Source: an uncultured Clostridia bacterium (GTDB lineage: Bacteria > Bacillota > Clostridia > Christensenellales > UBA1242). Taken from it: a DNA stretch of 64,000 bases. Where the stretch lies: contig CALBOE010000009.1 in the NCBI GenBank assembly GCA_937896905.1, forward strand, positions 43,122 to 107,121, given 5' to 3'. Below the pieces are notes generated by a model that had not been told where the DNA came from, did no database searches, and saw only the letters and a program-made list of their open reading frames with translations. Below, piece by piece: positions 27,416 to 36,953 of this stretch (the first letter of the stretch is position 1; every line of letters starts with the position of its first letter). The translations under genes and the position numbers were made by a program.

Positions 27416-28994
27416 ATCTTTTCATTTGGGTTTCGCAATAGGTGTCGTAGTCCGTTTCTTTGTCGTATTCTAATGTTGAATTAATGCGAATTATACGGTT
27501 TGCAACGGTGGAAATTATTTCTTCGTCGTGTGTTGAGAAAATCATGCAACCGTCAAAACGTTCCATACCTTTGTTTAATGCGGTTATGCTTTCAAGGTCT
27601 AGGTGGTTGGTTGGCTCATCTAGAAGCAAGAAGTTGCCAGATTGAAGCATCATTCTTGCAAGCATACATCTAACCTTTTCGCCACCAGATAGCACTTTTG
27701 CTTTCTTTTCCGCTTCTTCCCCACTAAACAACATTCTGCCCAGCCAACTTCTTAGGAAGGTTGCGTCATTTTCTTTGGTGTATTGCCCAATCCATTCAAC
27801 AAGTGAAAAGTCGCAATCTTCAAAATATTCGTTGTTGTTTTGTGGAAGATATGTTGCGGTTATGGTTTTGCCCCATTTAACTTCGCCTTTATAGTTTGTG
27901 TCTTTCCCTGAAAGAATGTCGAACAAGGCGGTTACAACATTGCTGTTATCGCTCATAATAGCAACCTTATTATCCGGGCGAATGGTGAACGACACATTTT
28001 CAAACAATCCTGGTTTTGTTAGTTTGTTAACAAACAAAATATCGTTGCCAATACGTTGTTCAAATTTAAAGTCGATATATGGGTATTTTCTGCTGCTTGG
28101 CTTAATGTCCTCAATGGTTAAGCGTTCTAATTCTTTCTTTCTGCTGGTTGCTTGTTTAGATTTAGAAGCATTTGCCGAGAACCTTGCAATAAATTCTTGC
28201 AATTCTTTTGCACGTTGTTCGGCTTTTTTGTTTTGATCCTTTTGTTGTTTTAATGCAAGTTGGCTAGATTCATACCAAAAATCGTAGTTACCTAAATATA
28301 GGTTTATTTTGCCATAGTCTATATCACACACGTGCGTGCAAACCTTATTTAAAAAGTGACGGTTGTGGCTAACAATTAAAATGGTGTTTTCGAAATTTAA
28401 AATGAAATCTTCTAGCCAACGAATTGTTTTAACGTCTAAGTTGTTGGTTGGTTCGTCTAAAATAAGGTTATCTGGGTTTGAAAACAATGCCTGTGCAAGC
28501 AAAACTTTAACTTTAATTTTGCTATCTACATTACCCATAAGCTCATGGAACAATTCCTTTGGAATTTCTAGCGAATTTAAAAGGTTTTCCGCCTCACTTT
28601 CTGCGTCCCAACCGTTTAGTTCCATAAATTCTGCTTCTAATTCGCCAAGTTTAATTCCATCTTCTTCGCTAAAATCGGTTTTAGCATAGTAAACTTCTTT
28701 TTCGTCCATAATTTCAACCAAACGTTTATGCCCCATTAAAACTGTGCGAAGAACTGTGCAATCGTTGTATTTTTCTTGATTTTGTTCCAAAACCGACAAT
28801 CTTTCTTTTGCAGGAATTACAACTTCACCTTTGTTTGGTTCCAACTCTCCAGAAAGCACCTTCATAAAGGTAGATTTGCCCGCACCGTTTGCACCAATAA
28901 CGCCATAGCAGTTGCCTTTATTAAATTTTAAATTTACTTCATCAAATAATTTTCTACTGCCAAATTGAACAGCCACATTGTTTACTGAAATCAC
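27414..28994 (-). CDS. ABC-F family ATPase (YbiT-like, no membrane domain)
   Basis: Two ABC cassettes (GANGAGKST...LILDEPTNNLD and LSGGEKVRCMLAR...LLLDEPTNHLD) joined by a charged linker. Start moved to GTG 28994 (VISVNNVAVQFG) behind GGAG. Confidence 0.9.
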   Translation of the reverse strand: MISVNNVAVQFGSRKLFDEVNLKFNKGNCYGVIGANGAGKSTFMKVLSGELEPNKGEVVIPAKERLSVLEQNQEKYNDCTVLRTVLMGHKRLVEIMDEKEVYYAKTDFSEEDGIKLGELEAEFMELNGWDAESEAENLLNSLEIPKELFHELMGNVDSKIKVKVLLAQALFSNPDNLILDEPTNNLDVKTIRWLEDFILNFENTILIVSHNRHFLNKVCTHVCDIDYGKINLYLGNYDFWYESSQLALKQQKDQNKKAEQRAKELQEFIARFSANASKSKQATSRKKELERLTIEDIKPSSRKYPYIDFKFEQRIGNDILFVNKLTKPGLFENVSFTIRPDNKVAIMSDNSNVVTALFDILSGKDTNYKGEVKWGKTITATYLPQNNNEYFEDCDFSLVEWIGQYTKENDATFLRSWLGRMLFSGEEAEKKAKVLSGGEKVRCMLARMMLQSGNFLLLDEPTNHLDLESITALNKGMERFDGCMIFSTHDEEIISTVANRIIRINSTLEYDKETDYDTYCETQMKR

Positions 28995-29080
28995 AATACA
29001 CTCCTTAAATTTACTTTTCCGTTTAACAATAACACAAATAAAAAATATTTGCAACACAAAGCAAATATTTTGTTTAAGAT

Positions 29081-29749
29081 TTATTTCTGCTTTGAGGTTT
29101 GCTTGGGTTTTATGTTAATTTTGCCCAGCAAATGGTAGAACCACATTGCACAAATTGCCACAATAAGCCCTAAACACCAACCCGCAAGAATGTCGCTAAA
29201 ATAATGAACGCCCAAATACACTCTGCTTATCCCCACAATGACAATTATGGCAGATATTGCACTAATTAATGCTACTTTTAGCGCTTTGTTTTTCATTTTC
29301 GTTGCCACAAAGTAAATTATTGTTGCATAAACAGCTATACTCATCATTGCGTGTGCAGACGGAAAACTAAAACCAATTTCTTCAATTAGCATAAGCTCTG
29401 GCCTTGGCCTTTGAACTGTGTATTTAACTAGCAAGTTTAACACAGCGCTGCCGCCCACCGAAGTACACATTGTTAACCCAATTTTTTTATCTTTAAAAAT
29501 AAAACTTAAAAGGCAAAGCACAACAAGCAACACACTCCATCCAAAATAGGTTAAAATTTTAAAAAACCAATTCCAAAATTGGTTACGGTTGTTAGCTATT
29601 AGCACATTCAATTTATCAACCCAAAAGGTGTGTTTAGTTAACACAAGCACAAGCAGCCCAACAAAACACGCAAGCAAACAAACACTAACTGCAATGCTTG
29701 CAATAACCCACCCTTTATTATTATGTTTTATGGTTAAATCTTTTTCCAT
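29081..29749 (-). CDS. PAP2-family phosphatase (undecaprenyl-diphosphatase-like)
   Basis: Membrane protein with KxxxxxxRP (KYTVQRPRP), PSAH (SFPSAHA) and SRxxxxxHxxxD (SRVYLGVHYFSD) motifs. Confidence 0.8.
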   Translation of the reverse strand: MEKDLTIKHNNKGWVIASIAVSVCLLACFVGLLVLVLTKHTFWVDKLNVLIANNRNQFWNWFFKILTYFGWSVLLVVLCLLSFIFKDKKIGLTMCTSVGGSAVLNLLVKYTVQRPRPELMLIEEIGFSFPSAHAMMSIAVYATIIYFVATKMKNKALKVALISAISAIIVIVGISRVYLGVHYFSDILAGWCLGLIVAICAMWFYHLLGKINIKPKQTSKQK

Positions 29750-29798
29750 ATTATCCTTTGCTTAAAATAGAAAAAACTTGCCTATATTGGCAATAGTT

Positions 29799-30233
29799 TT
29801 ATCTGTTAATAAATCTGCGCACTCCATCGAAATTATCGCAATCTGTGTGTTGAGTGTAGTACACCAAACATGCCATTGAACTAACTTCCATAAGAACTTC
29901 TAGTGCTACCTTAACAATATCCTTAGTGGTGATTTCTTGCTGGCCTAACCCCAACAATTTAAGTTCAATTTTGCAAACAATATCTTCAACCGTTTCGTTT
30001 AAATCTACACAATATGTTGCATATTTAATGCTTTCCATTAATTTTTCGGTTTTGAATGGTTCACGAACATTATCTACATTTGTAACCACCATTGGATTGC
30101 TTTCAACCGTCTCGTAAGTAGTGAAGCGTTTTCCGCAAATTAAACATTCCCTGCGCCTGCGAATGCTGGAATCTTTTAAATAACGGCTATCTACAACTTT
30201 ACTGTCGCTGTGTCCACAAAAAATACATTTCAT
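29799..30233 (-). CDS. nrdR: transcriptional repressor NrdR
   Basis: MKCIFCGHSDSKVVDSR...RRRECLICGKRFTTYE zinc ribbon plus ATP-cone. Confidence 0.92.
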   Translation of the reverse strand: MKCIFCGHSDSKVVDSRYLKDSSIRRRRECLICGKRFTTYETVESNPMVVTNVDNVREPFKTEKLMESIKYATYCVDLNETVEDIVCKIELKLLGLGQQEITTKDIVKVALEVLMEVSSMACLVYYTQHTDCDNFDGVRRFINR

Positions 30234-30311
30234 AATTTTCTCCTATGTTTATTATGCCACAAATTCAACAAAAAAACAAATAATTTTTCATTTAATTTAA
30301 TCTAAAATTCA

Positions 30312-30632
30312 TTATTGTTGGCAATTTTTATTGTTTGAACCACATTTCCTATCATTTTTGGGGTTGTGTTTTGGTTGCAAAGATTTTTCATCTACGTACA
30401 ATTCAACCAAAACCGCATCTACCCCAATTTTACAAACACAATTAAACGGAATAAAAATTTCCTTTACTCCCTTAAAAAGCCCCCAAAATCCGCAATTTTG
30501 CTGTGGCACAATAAATCCTAATGTGCAGGCAGTTACCACGTCAAAAATTACGTCGGTTATATGCCCTAAACATTTGCCATCAACCGTGTTTATAACTTGT
30601 TTGCTTTTAAGTTCCAAAAAGGAAACTTCCAT
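30312..30632 (-). CDS. YlmC/YmxH-family PRC-barrel sporulation protein
   Basis: LELKSKQVINTVDGKCLGHITDVIFD... pattern. Has a basic, Cys-containing C-terminal tail. Confidence 0.65.
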   Translation of the reverse strand: MEVSFLELKSKQVINTVDGKCLGHITDVIFDVVTACTLGFIVPQQNCGFWGLFKGVKEIFIPFNCVCKIGVDAVLVELYVDEKSLQPKHNPKNDRKCGSNNKNCQQ

Positions 30633-30679
30633 ATATTTAATTATGTTGAAATTTATAATTTTATGTTAAATTTTGCATT

Positions 30680-33115
30680 TTAATTTAAATATAGCCCAAC
30701 TTCTTTAAGTTCTAACTTAGCTTTCTTCACAAGTGGTTTGCAGGCACTTGTTCTGCTTTGAATTGGAATTTCGTTAATGTCTATTGCGTGTAAGTCATTT
30801 TTACTTTGCATAACCACTTCACCTGTTATAACTGGCGCTATAATGGCAAAAATTTCTTCTTTGCCAGCCGTTATTTTAAGCCCTTTGCGGTTTCTTGCAC
30901 TTATTGGAAGTTCATTTAAACTAAACTTCTTTGCACTGCCATCTGGAGTTATAACAAGAGCCCTATCCAACGTGTTAACTTGGCTTGCAAACATAACTTT
31001 TGCACCATCATTTAAACTCATTCCAATAACTCCACCACTATTGCGCTTTGTTAGCGGAACGGTTTTATATTCCATATTAACCGCCATGCCATCGTTGCTA
31101 ACCATTAAAATAGATGGCAAATTATCGTTAATTTGAACTGAAAGTACCCTATCAAAATCTTTAAGTTTAAGTGCGATGCTACCAGTTTTTAATGCTGTAA
31201 ATTCGCTGGTTTCAACTCGTTTAATGTATCCATCTTGAGTCATCATAACAAACTCTGCATTTTCGGCTAAATCTTGCTCGCTAAACGCACCAACAATTTT
31301 TTCTTTTGTTTCGGCTGTGGTTAAACTACTAAACGCTGTGCCTTTTTGAATAAACTTACAATTTGGAATATCCCTAACCGATAGTTTGAAGAAATTACCA
31401 AAGTTTGTGAAGAACACAACCGAACTGTTCATGCTTGTGTGCACAATAAACTTATGAAGCGCATTAATGTTTTCGTACTTATATTCTGCACTTGCGTTTT
31501 GAAGTTGTTTAATATCTAAAGTTTTAACACGCAAGCCATCATTAGTAACCGCCACAGCACATTCTGTGTCTAACAATTTTTCAATTGGTGTTATGTTAAA
31601 GTTCTCAAACTCGCTAACAATTGCCGTTTTTCTTGGCGTTGCATATTTTGTTTTAATTTCAGTTAGTTCTTTTTTAACAACTTTAAATTGCTTAGATTTA
31701 CTTGCTAAAATTGCTTCAAATTCGGCAATGTTTCGTCTTAATTCTGCCAATTCTTGCTGTAGTTTTTCGGTTTCCAAACTTGTTAATCTGCTTAAACGCA
31801 TATCTAATATAGCCTGAGTTTGAACATCGCTTAACAAAAATCTTTGCATAAGTTTTGTTTTGGCATCGGCAGTTGAAGCAGACGACTTAATTATTCTAAT
31901 AACTTCGTCTATATTTTGAATTGCAATGCATAGCCCTTCCACAATGTGTGCCCTAGCTTTTGCACGTTCTAAATCGAACTTTGTTCTTCGAACAATTACG
32001 TCTTGCTGGAAGTTAACGTAGTAACTTAAATAGTCCATTAACCCTAGTTGTTTTGGGCTTCCATTTGCAATTGCAACAACATTATAGTTAAAGTTTATTT
32101 GCATATCGCTATGCTTTAATAACATTGCAATGATGTTGTTAACGTCTGCATCTTTTTTAAGTGTTATAACCGCCCTTATACCTTCACTGCTTGTTTCGTC
32201 GGCAATTTCGGAAATGGATGCGAATTCATCTTTCATTTTTTCTTTAAGGTCGCCAATAGATTTTAATAAATCCGCCTTGTTAACTTGGTATGGAATTTCG
32301 GTTATAACAATGTTTGTTTTTCCATTTTTTTCGTCCTCTGTGTGGAAAACTGCACGAATTGGAACCTTGCCCCTGCCTGTTAAATACGCTTCTCGCATTT
32401 CGTTGGTTGCACAAATGATTCCACCTGTAGGGAAATCTGGTCCCTTTATTATGGTTAACATTTCGTCTAGAGTTATGTTTGGATTATCAATATATGCAAT
32501 ACAGCCATCTATCATTTCGCCTAAATTGTGTGTTGGAATGTTGGTGGCAAGCCCAACCGCTATGCCCATTGCCCCATTAACAAACAAATTTGGAAATCTG
32601 CCCGGCAAATAATCGGGTTCTTTTAATCTATCGTCAAAGTTTAAACTGAAATTAACTGTATCCTTATCTAAATCTCGCATTAATTCCATTGAAAGTGGCG
32701 TTAATTTACATTCTGTGTAACGATATGCTGCTGGGCTATCTCCGTCAATAGAGCCAAAGTTACCGTGACCATCAATTAGTCGTTCACCCATAACAAAATC
32801 TTGCGCCATTCTTGCAAGAGCGCCATAAACGGAACTATCTCCGTGTGGGTGAAATTTACCCAAAACGTCACCAACCACGTTTGCGCATTTTCTAAATTCT
32901 TGCTCGGGAGTTAACCCTTGAATTAGCATATCATACAATATTCTTCTTTGCACTGGTTTTAAGCCATCTTCAACCCTTGGAAGCGCCCTGTCTAAAATAA
33001 CATATTCACTGTATGGCAACATTGATTCTGCCATAACCTCTTCAACCGTTTTATGAAGCAACTGCCCTGTTGGAAGAATGCTTTTAATTTTTTCAACTTT
33101 ATCTTTCTTGCTCAT
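30680..33115 (-). CDS. parC: type IIA topoisomerase subunit A, most likely topoisomerase IV ParC
   Basis: Active-site AAYRYTE; DGLKPVQRRILY (Q as in ParC, versus PVHRR in GyrA). I found no GyrA-box (QRRGGKG) in the C-terminal domain. Confidence 0.7.
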   Translation of the reverse strand: MSKKDKVEKIKSILPTGQLLHKTVEEVMAESMLPYSEYVILDRALPRVEDGLKPVQRRILYDMLIQGLTPEQEFRKCANVVGDVLGKFHPHGDSSVYGALARMAQDFVMGERLIDGHGNFGSIDGDSPAAYRYTECKLTPLSMELMRDLDKDTVNFSLNFDDRLKEPDYLPGRFPNLFVNGAMGIAVGLATNIPTHNLGEMIDGCIAYIDNPNITLDEMLTIIKGPDFPTGGIICATNEMREAYLTGRGKVPIRAVFHTEDEKNGKTNIVITEIPYQVNKADLLKSIGDLKEKMKDEFASISEIADETSSEGIRAVITLKKDADVNNIIAMLLKHSDMQINFNYNVVAIANGSPKQLGLMDYLSYYVNFQQDVIVRRTKFDLERAKARAHIVEGLCIAIQNIDEVIRIIKSSASTADAKTKLMQRFLLSDVQTQAILDMRLSRLTSLETEKLQQELAELRRNIAEFEAILASKSKQFKVVKKELTEIKTKYATPRKTAIVSEFENFNITPIEKLLDTECAVAVTNDGLRVKTLDIKQLQNASAEYKYENINALHKFIVHTSMNSSVVFFTNFGNFFKLSVRDIPNCKFIQKGTAFSSLTTAETKEKIVGAFSEQDLAENAEFVMMTQDGYIKRVETSEFTALKTGSIALKLKDFDRVLSVQINDNLPSILMVSNDGMAVNMEYKTVPLTKRNSGGVIGMSLNDGAKVMFASQVNTLDRALVITPDGSAKKFSLNELPISARNRKGLKITAGKEEIFAIIAPVITGEVVMQSKNDLHAIDINEIPIQSRTSACKPLVKKAKLELKEVGLYLN

Positions 33116-35055
33116 TATTCTTCCTCCGTTATTTTATTAAAACCATCCACTCTGTTAAAGTTAGCATTTTTGTTAATATAATCCTTTCTTGCCCCAATTT
33201 CGTCGCCCATCCATAAGGTTATTTCTTTATCAGCTAGCACGGCATCTTCAACACCAACCCTAATTATTGTTCGTTTTGCTGGGTCTAGCGTTGTGTCTTT
33301 AAGTTGGTCGTAGTCCATTTCTCCTAAACCTTTATAGCGTTGAATGGTGTATTTCTTTAAATCTTTTGTTATGTTTGCAAGTTCTTCGTCGTTATAGCAA
33401 TATCTAATTTCGCCTTTGGTTTTAACCCCATAAAGTGGCGGCATCCCAATATAAATATTGCCATTAGTAATTAGCGGGCGCATATATCTAAAGAAGAACG
33501 TTAGCAAGATACAACGAATGTGCATACCATCTGGGTCGGCATCGCTTAAAATGATAATTTTGTTGTATTTAAGATTGTCCAACTTAAAATCTTCGCCAAT
33601 GCCTGTGCCTAACGCACCAATAATAGTTCTAATTTCTTCGTTTGCCAAAACTTGGTCTATTCTTTTCTTTTCGCTGTTTAAAGGTTTGCCCCTTAACGGC
33701 AAAACTGCTTGGAAATATCTATCCCTACCTTGTTTTGCAGAACCGCCAGCGGACTTACCCTCTACTATGAAAAGTTCATTAATTTCACTGTTTCTGCTTG
33801 TGCAACTTGCAAGTTGACCTAACAACATGCTTCCTTCTATTGAGTTTTTGGCACGAGTTAAATCCTTAGCCCTTTTTGCAGCAGCACGAACACGTGCGGC
33901 ACCTTTGGCTTTTTCTATTATTATGTTGCCAATGTTTTCGTTCTTTTTGCTGGCAAAAAACTCGGTTAACCCTTGCGAAACAACACTTTCTACCCTAGCA
34001 CGAGCTTCCACATTGCCTAGTTTTGTTTTAGTTTGTCCTTCGAATTGAACATTTTTCATTTTAATGGATAAAACTGCAACAATTCCTTCACGGAAATCGT
34101 CTCCAATAAAGGCAATGTCCTTTTCTTTTATAAGGTTATGCTTTTTGGCAAAGTCGTTAAGCACTTTTGTTAATGCTGTTTTAAAGCCCACTTCGTGCGT
34201 TCCACCTTCTGGGGTTGGAATGTTGTTAACATAACTAAAAATACTTTCTGTGTAGTTAGAAACATACTGCAAAGCAAGCGTAACATTTGTGTCGTCAATT
34301 TCATTTTCAATGTAAATTGGTGGAACAAAAAGCGGTTTTTTATCCATTGTTAAACTTGTAACATAATCCCTTATGCCACCTTCATAGCAAAGAGTATCGC
34401 GCCTATTGGTGCGTTCGTCAATTAACTCTATGTGAATGCCTTTGTTCAAAAACGCTGTTTCTTTTAAACGTTCGTAAACTGTTTCGTAATCGAATTTAAT
34501 GTCCTTAAAAACTCTATCGTCTGGCAAAAAGCGAATGTAACTGCCTTTTAAAGTTGTGTTGCCAATTTCTTTAAGTTTTTCAACCGGAACACCGCTGTGA
34601 ATTTTTCCGTTCTTTTCAACCGATTCGAACCTTGCAAAATATTTTTTTCCGTCCTTATAAATGGTTGCTTCTAAAAATCGGCTTAAAGCGTTTGTAACAG
34701 ACGCACCAACACCATGAAGCCCGCCAGAATATTTGTAGTTATTATCGCCAAACTTACCACCTGCGTGCAACTGTGTGAAAACAACTTCCACCCCGCTAAT
34801 TTTAAGTTTTGGGTGTGGGCTAACCGGAATTCCCCTGCCGTTATCGAACACGGAAGCGGTTCCGTCCTTATGCAAAGTTACTTCCACTTTATTTCCAAAG
34901 CCATTTGCAACTTCGTCTATGCCGTTATCTATAATTTCCCACAACAAATGGTGCAACCCTTTAACACCCGTTGTTCCAATATACATTCCGGGGCGCATTC
35001 TAACTGCGTCTAGCCCCTCTAACACCACTAAATCTTTTGAATCATAATTAGCCAC
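33115..35055 (-). CDS. parE: type IIA topoisomerase subunit B, most likely topoisomerase IV ParE
   Basis: GHKL ATPase blocks (EIIDNGIDE, GGLHGVG) and TOPRIM (EGKSAGGSA, DADPDGMHI). Coupled to the ParC-like gene by a 1-nt overlap. Confidence 0.7.
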   Translation of the reverse strand: MANYDSKDLVVLEGLDAVRMRPGMYIGTTGVKGLHHLLWEIIDNGIDEVANGFGNKVEVTLHKDGTASVFDNGRGIPVSPHPKLKISGVEVVFTQLHAGGKFGDNNYKYSGGLHGVGASVTNALSRFLEATIYKDGKKYFARFESVEKNGKIHSGVPVEKLKEIGNTTLKGSYIRFLPDDRVFKDIKFDYETVYERLKETAFLNKGIHIELIDERTNRRDTLCYEGGIRDYVTSLTMDKKPLFVPPIYIENEIDDTNVTLALQYVSNYTESIFSYVNNIPTPEGGTHEVGFKTALTKVLNDFAKKHNLIKEKDIAFIGDDFREGIVAVLSIKMKNVQFEGQTKTKLGNVEARARVESVVSQGLTEFFASKKNENIGNIIIEKAKGAARVRAAAKRAKDLTRAKNSIEGSMLLGQLASCTSRNSEINELFIVEGKSAGGSAKQGRDRYFQAVLPLRGKPLNSEKKRIDQVLANEEIRTIIGALGTGIGEDFKLDNLKYNKIIILSDADPDGMHIRCILLTFFFRYMRPLITNGNIYIGMPPLYGVKTKGEIRYCYNDEELANITKDLKKYTIQRYKGLGEMDYDQLKDTTLDPAKRTIIRVGVEDAVLADKEITLWMGDEIGARKDYINKNANFNRVDGFNKITEEE

Positions 35056-35119
35056 AAAAAATACCTCTTTTATTTCAAGTTTTATTATTTTATAGCTTAA
35101 TTATACCAAATTTATAAAA

Positions 35120-36196
35120 TTAAAGCAATTTTTTTGTTAGAATTGACGAATTAAAATAGGAAGTTTTTTTATTTGTTGTTGGATTGTTAACCAAATGCTC
35201 TATTAAACTGATGTAATCAATTCCCAAAGGTTCATACAAATAAAAAGCCATACTGCCTGGAATTGTGTTAATTTCATTAAAATAGAGTGTGTTTGTTGTT
35301 GGGTTATATATGTAATCTATTCTAACAACACCATTCATATTTAATTTGTTATAGATGCTACTTGTGTGTGAAATTATTAAGTTTTCAAGGTCAGCAGAAA
35401 TTTGTGCAGGGATAATTCTATCTTGCCCCTTTTCTTTTGAGTTGTGGTTATATTTTTCATCAAACGTTAAAAAACTAGATTTAGAAATTGGATTTTCTAT
35501 TGAGCTAAGCATGAGCCCGTCTTTTGTTTTAAAACAAGCCTGATTTAGTTCCATTATTGGCGTAATTCGGTTTTCAACCAATGCTTCATCTCCCATTTCA
35601 AATATCGCCAAAATTTGCTGTTTATAGTCCGCTTTCGTGCAAGCTTTAACTCCAATGCTGGAACCCATTGAATTGGGTTTAACAATTAAGTTTTCGCCTA
35701 ACTCAACGTCTATCTTTTCACACATTTCTTCAAAGTTGTTTGCATTCACTTTAAAGCCCTCAACAACTGGTGCTACGCCTTTAACAAGTTCTTTGGTTAA
35801 AGATTTATCCATTGCAATATGCGCACTTAATGCACAAGCACTTGTGTGTGGCAAATTTTTTACAGCAAAAAATCCAGCCAAATCCCCATTTTCGCCCACT
35901 CCGCCATGACAACAGTTTATAACACAAGAAATGTCGCAAACCTTTTTTAATTTAAATCCTTTAACATGCAACGCCCCGTCAGTTATAACAAGCGGTTTAA
36001 GTTTGACGGCAGATTTGTTGTTAAAATATGCCAAATCTTCTATTTTTGTGGCAAGATAAAACTTATTGTCTAGCCCTAAATAAATTTTTTCCACTTCGTA
36101 TTTTTCTTTTAAGTTTTTAGCAAGTTGCATTCCTGTTATAACGGAAATGTCGTGCTCTGGGCTGTTGCCACCGAATATTACACATAATTTTTTCAT
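35120..36196 (-). CDS. ddl: D-alanine--D-alanine ligase
   Basis: VIFGGNSPEHDISV, HGGVGENG and the ATP-grasp C-terminus (EINTIPG). Confidence 0.9.
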   Translation of the reverse strand: MKKLCVIFGGNSPEHDISVITGMQLAKNLKEKYEVEKIYLGLDNKFYLATKIEDLAYFNNKSAVKLKPLVITDGALHVKGFKLKKVCDISCVINCCHGGVGENGDLAGFFAVKNLPHTSACALSAHIAMDKSLTKELVKGVAPVVEGFKVNANNFEEMCEKIDVELGENLIVKPNSMGSSIGVKACTKADYKQQILAIFEMGDEALVENRITPIMELNQACFKTKDGLMLSSIENPISKSSFLTFDEKYNHNSKEKGQDRIIPAQISADLENLIISHTSSIYNKLNMNGVVRIDYIYNPTTNTLYFNEINTIPGSMAFYLYEPLGIDYISLIEHLVNNPTTNKKTSYFNSSILTKKLL

Positions 36197-36242
36197 AGTG
36201 TTGTATATTCAAAATAATTTATTTTGTTGCATAAATAATAAT

Positions 36243-36953
36243 ATGAATTACCTTTTTAGAGGCGAATGCATAAACTATGAGTTTTGTGGCGGAAAACTGC
36301 ACACAATTTTGTTTTTGCATGGTTGGGGCGGCAACAAATTTTCCTTTGCTAAAACCATGGAACTTTTCAAAAAAAATTTTAATGTTCTATCTTTAACAAT
36401 GCCAACCACTTCACCAACAAATTTGGTGTGGAACTTACACTTATTTGCAGAACTGGCGGAAAACCTGCTTATGTTGCATAATATACAAAGTTGCTTTGTT
36501 GTTTGCCACAGTTTTGGTTTTAGAGTTGCAAGTTTAATGAAAAAAAACCTTATTAAAGCTATTGTTGTAACTGGCGGGGCAGGTTTAAGAACAAAAAACA
36601 TTTTTACAAGAATTGAACGTGAAAACAAAACAATACTAAGCAGAAACTCAAAGTTTAAAGCCTTACATCAAAATTTGGCAAGCATGGACTATGTTTCTCT
36701 TTCAAAAACCAATCAGCAAACTTTTAAAAACGTTGTTAATTTAAACACTTTGCCATGCACAAAATTCAACTGCCCCATTTTACTATTTTGGGGAAAGAAC
36801 GACACCGAAACGCCATTGTGGATTGCAAAAAAAGTGCAAAAAATTAATAAGTGCAAATTGATTGTAACAAAAGGAAATCACTTTGCATATCTACAACAAA
36901 ACGCCTTATTTAATAACGCATTGTTAGGTTTTTTTAATGACATTGTTAATTAA
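36243..36953 (+). CDS. alpha/beta-fold hydrolase
   Basis: FLHGWGG oxyanion block and nucleophile elbow CHSFG. Start taken at ATG 36243; the longer track ORF would overlap ddl. No SD. Confidence 0.6.
   Translation: MNYLFRGECINYEFCGGKLHTILFLHGWGGNKFSFAKTMELFKKNFNVLSLTMPTTSPTNLVWNLHLFAELAENLLMLHNIQSCFVVCHSFGFRVASLMKKNLIKAIVVTGGAGLRTKNIFTRIERENKTILSRNSKFKALHQNLASMDYVSLSKTNQQTFKNVVNLNTLPCTKFNCPILLFWGKNDTETPLWIAKKVQKINKCKLIVTKGNHFAYLQQNALFNNALLGFFNDIVN

Noticed and set aside
28995-29057. 21-codon hydrophobic N-terminal extension of the ABC-F ORF.
   Set aside because: ABC-F proteins start right at the (M/V)ISVNNV...FG strand. GTG 28994 has a GGAG RBS, and the extension has no RBS.
30680-35055. Calling the type IIA topoisomerase pair gyrB/gyrA.
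   Set aside because: The A subunit has PVQRRILY (ParC-like) rather than PVHRR. I found no GyrA-box in its C-terminal domain, and the locus is not next to dnaA/dnaN/recF. ParE/ParC is preferred, but this is motif-based and should be confirmed by phylogeny.
36147-36242. Longer start for the alpha/beta hydrolase, overlapping ddl by 50 nt on the opposite strand.
   Set aside because: The extension (MSCSGLLPPNITHNFF...) is antisense to the conserved ddl N-terminus and has no hydrolase homology. ATG 36243 gives a normal N-terminus ahead of the HGWGG block.
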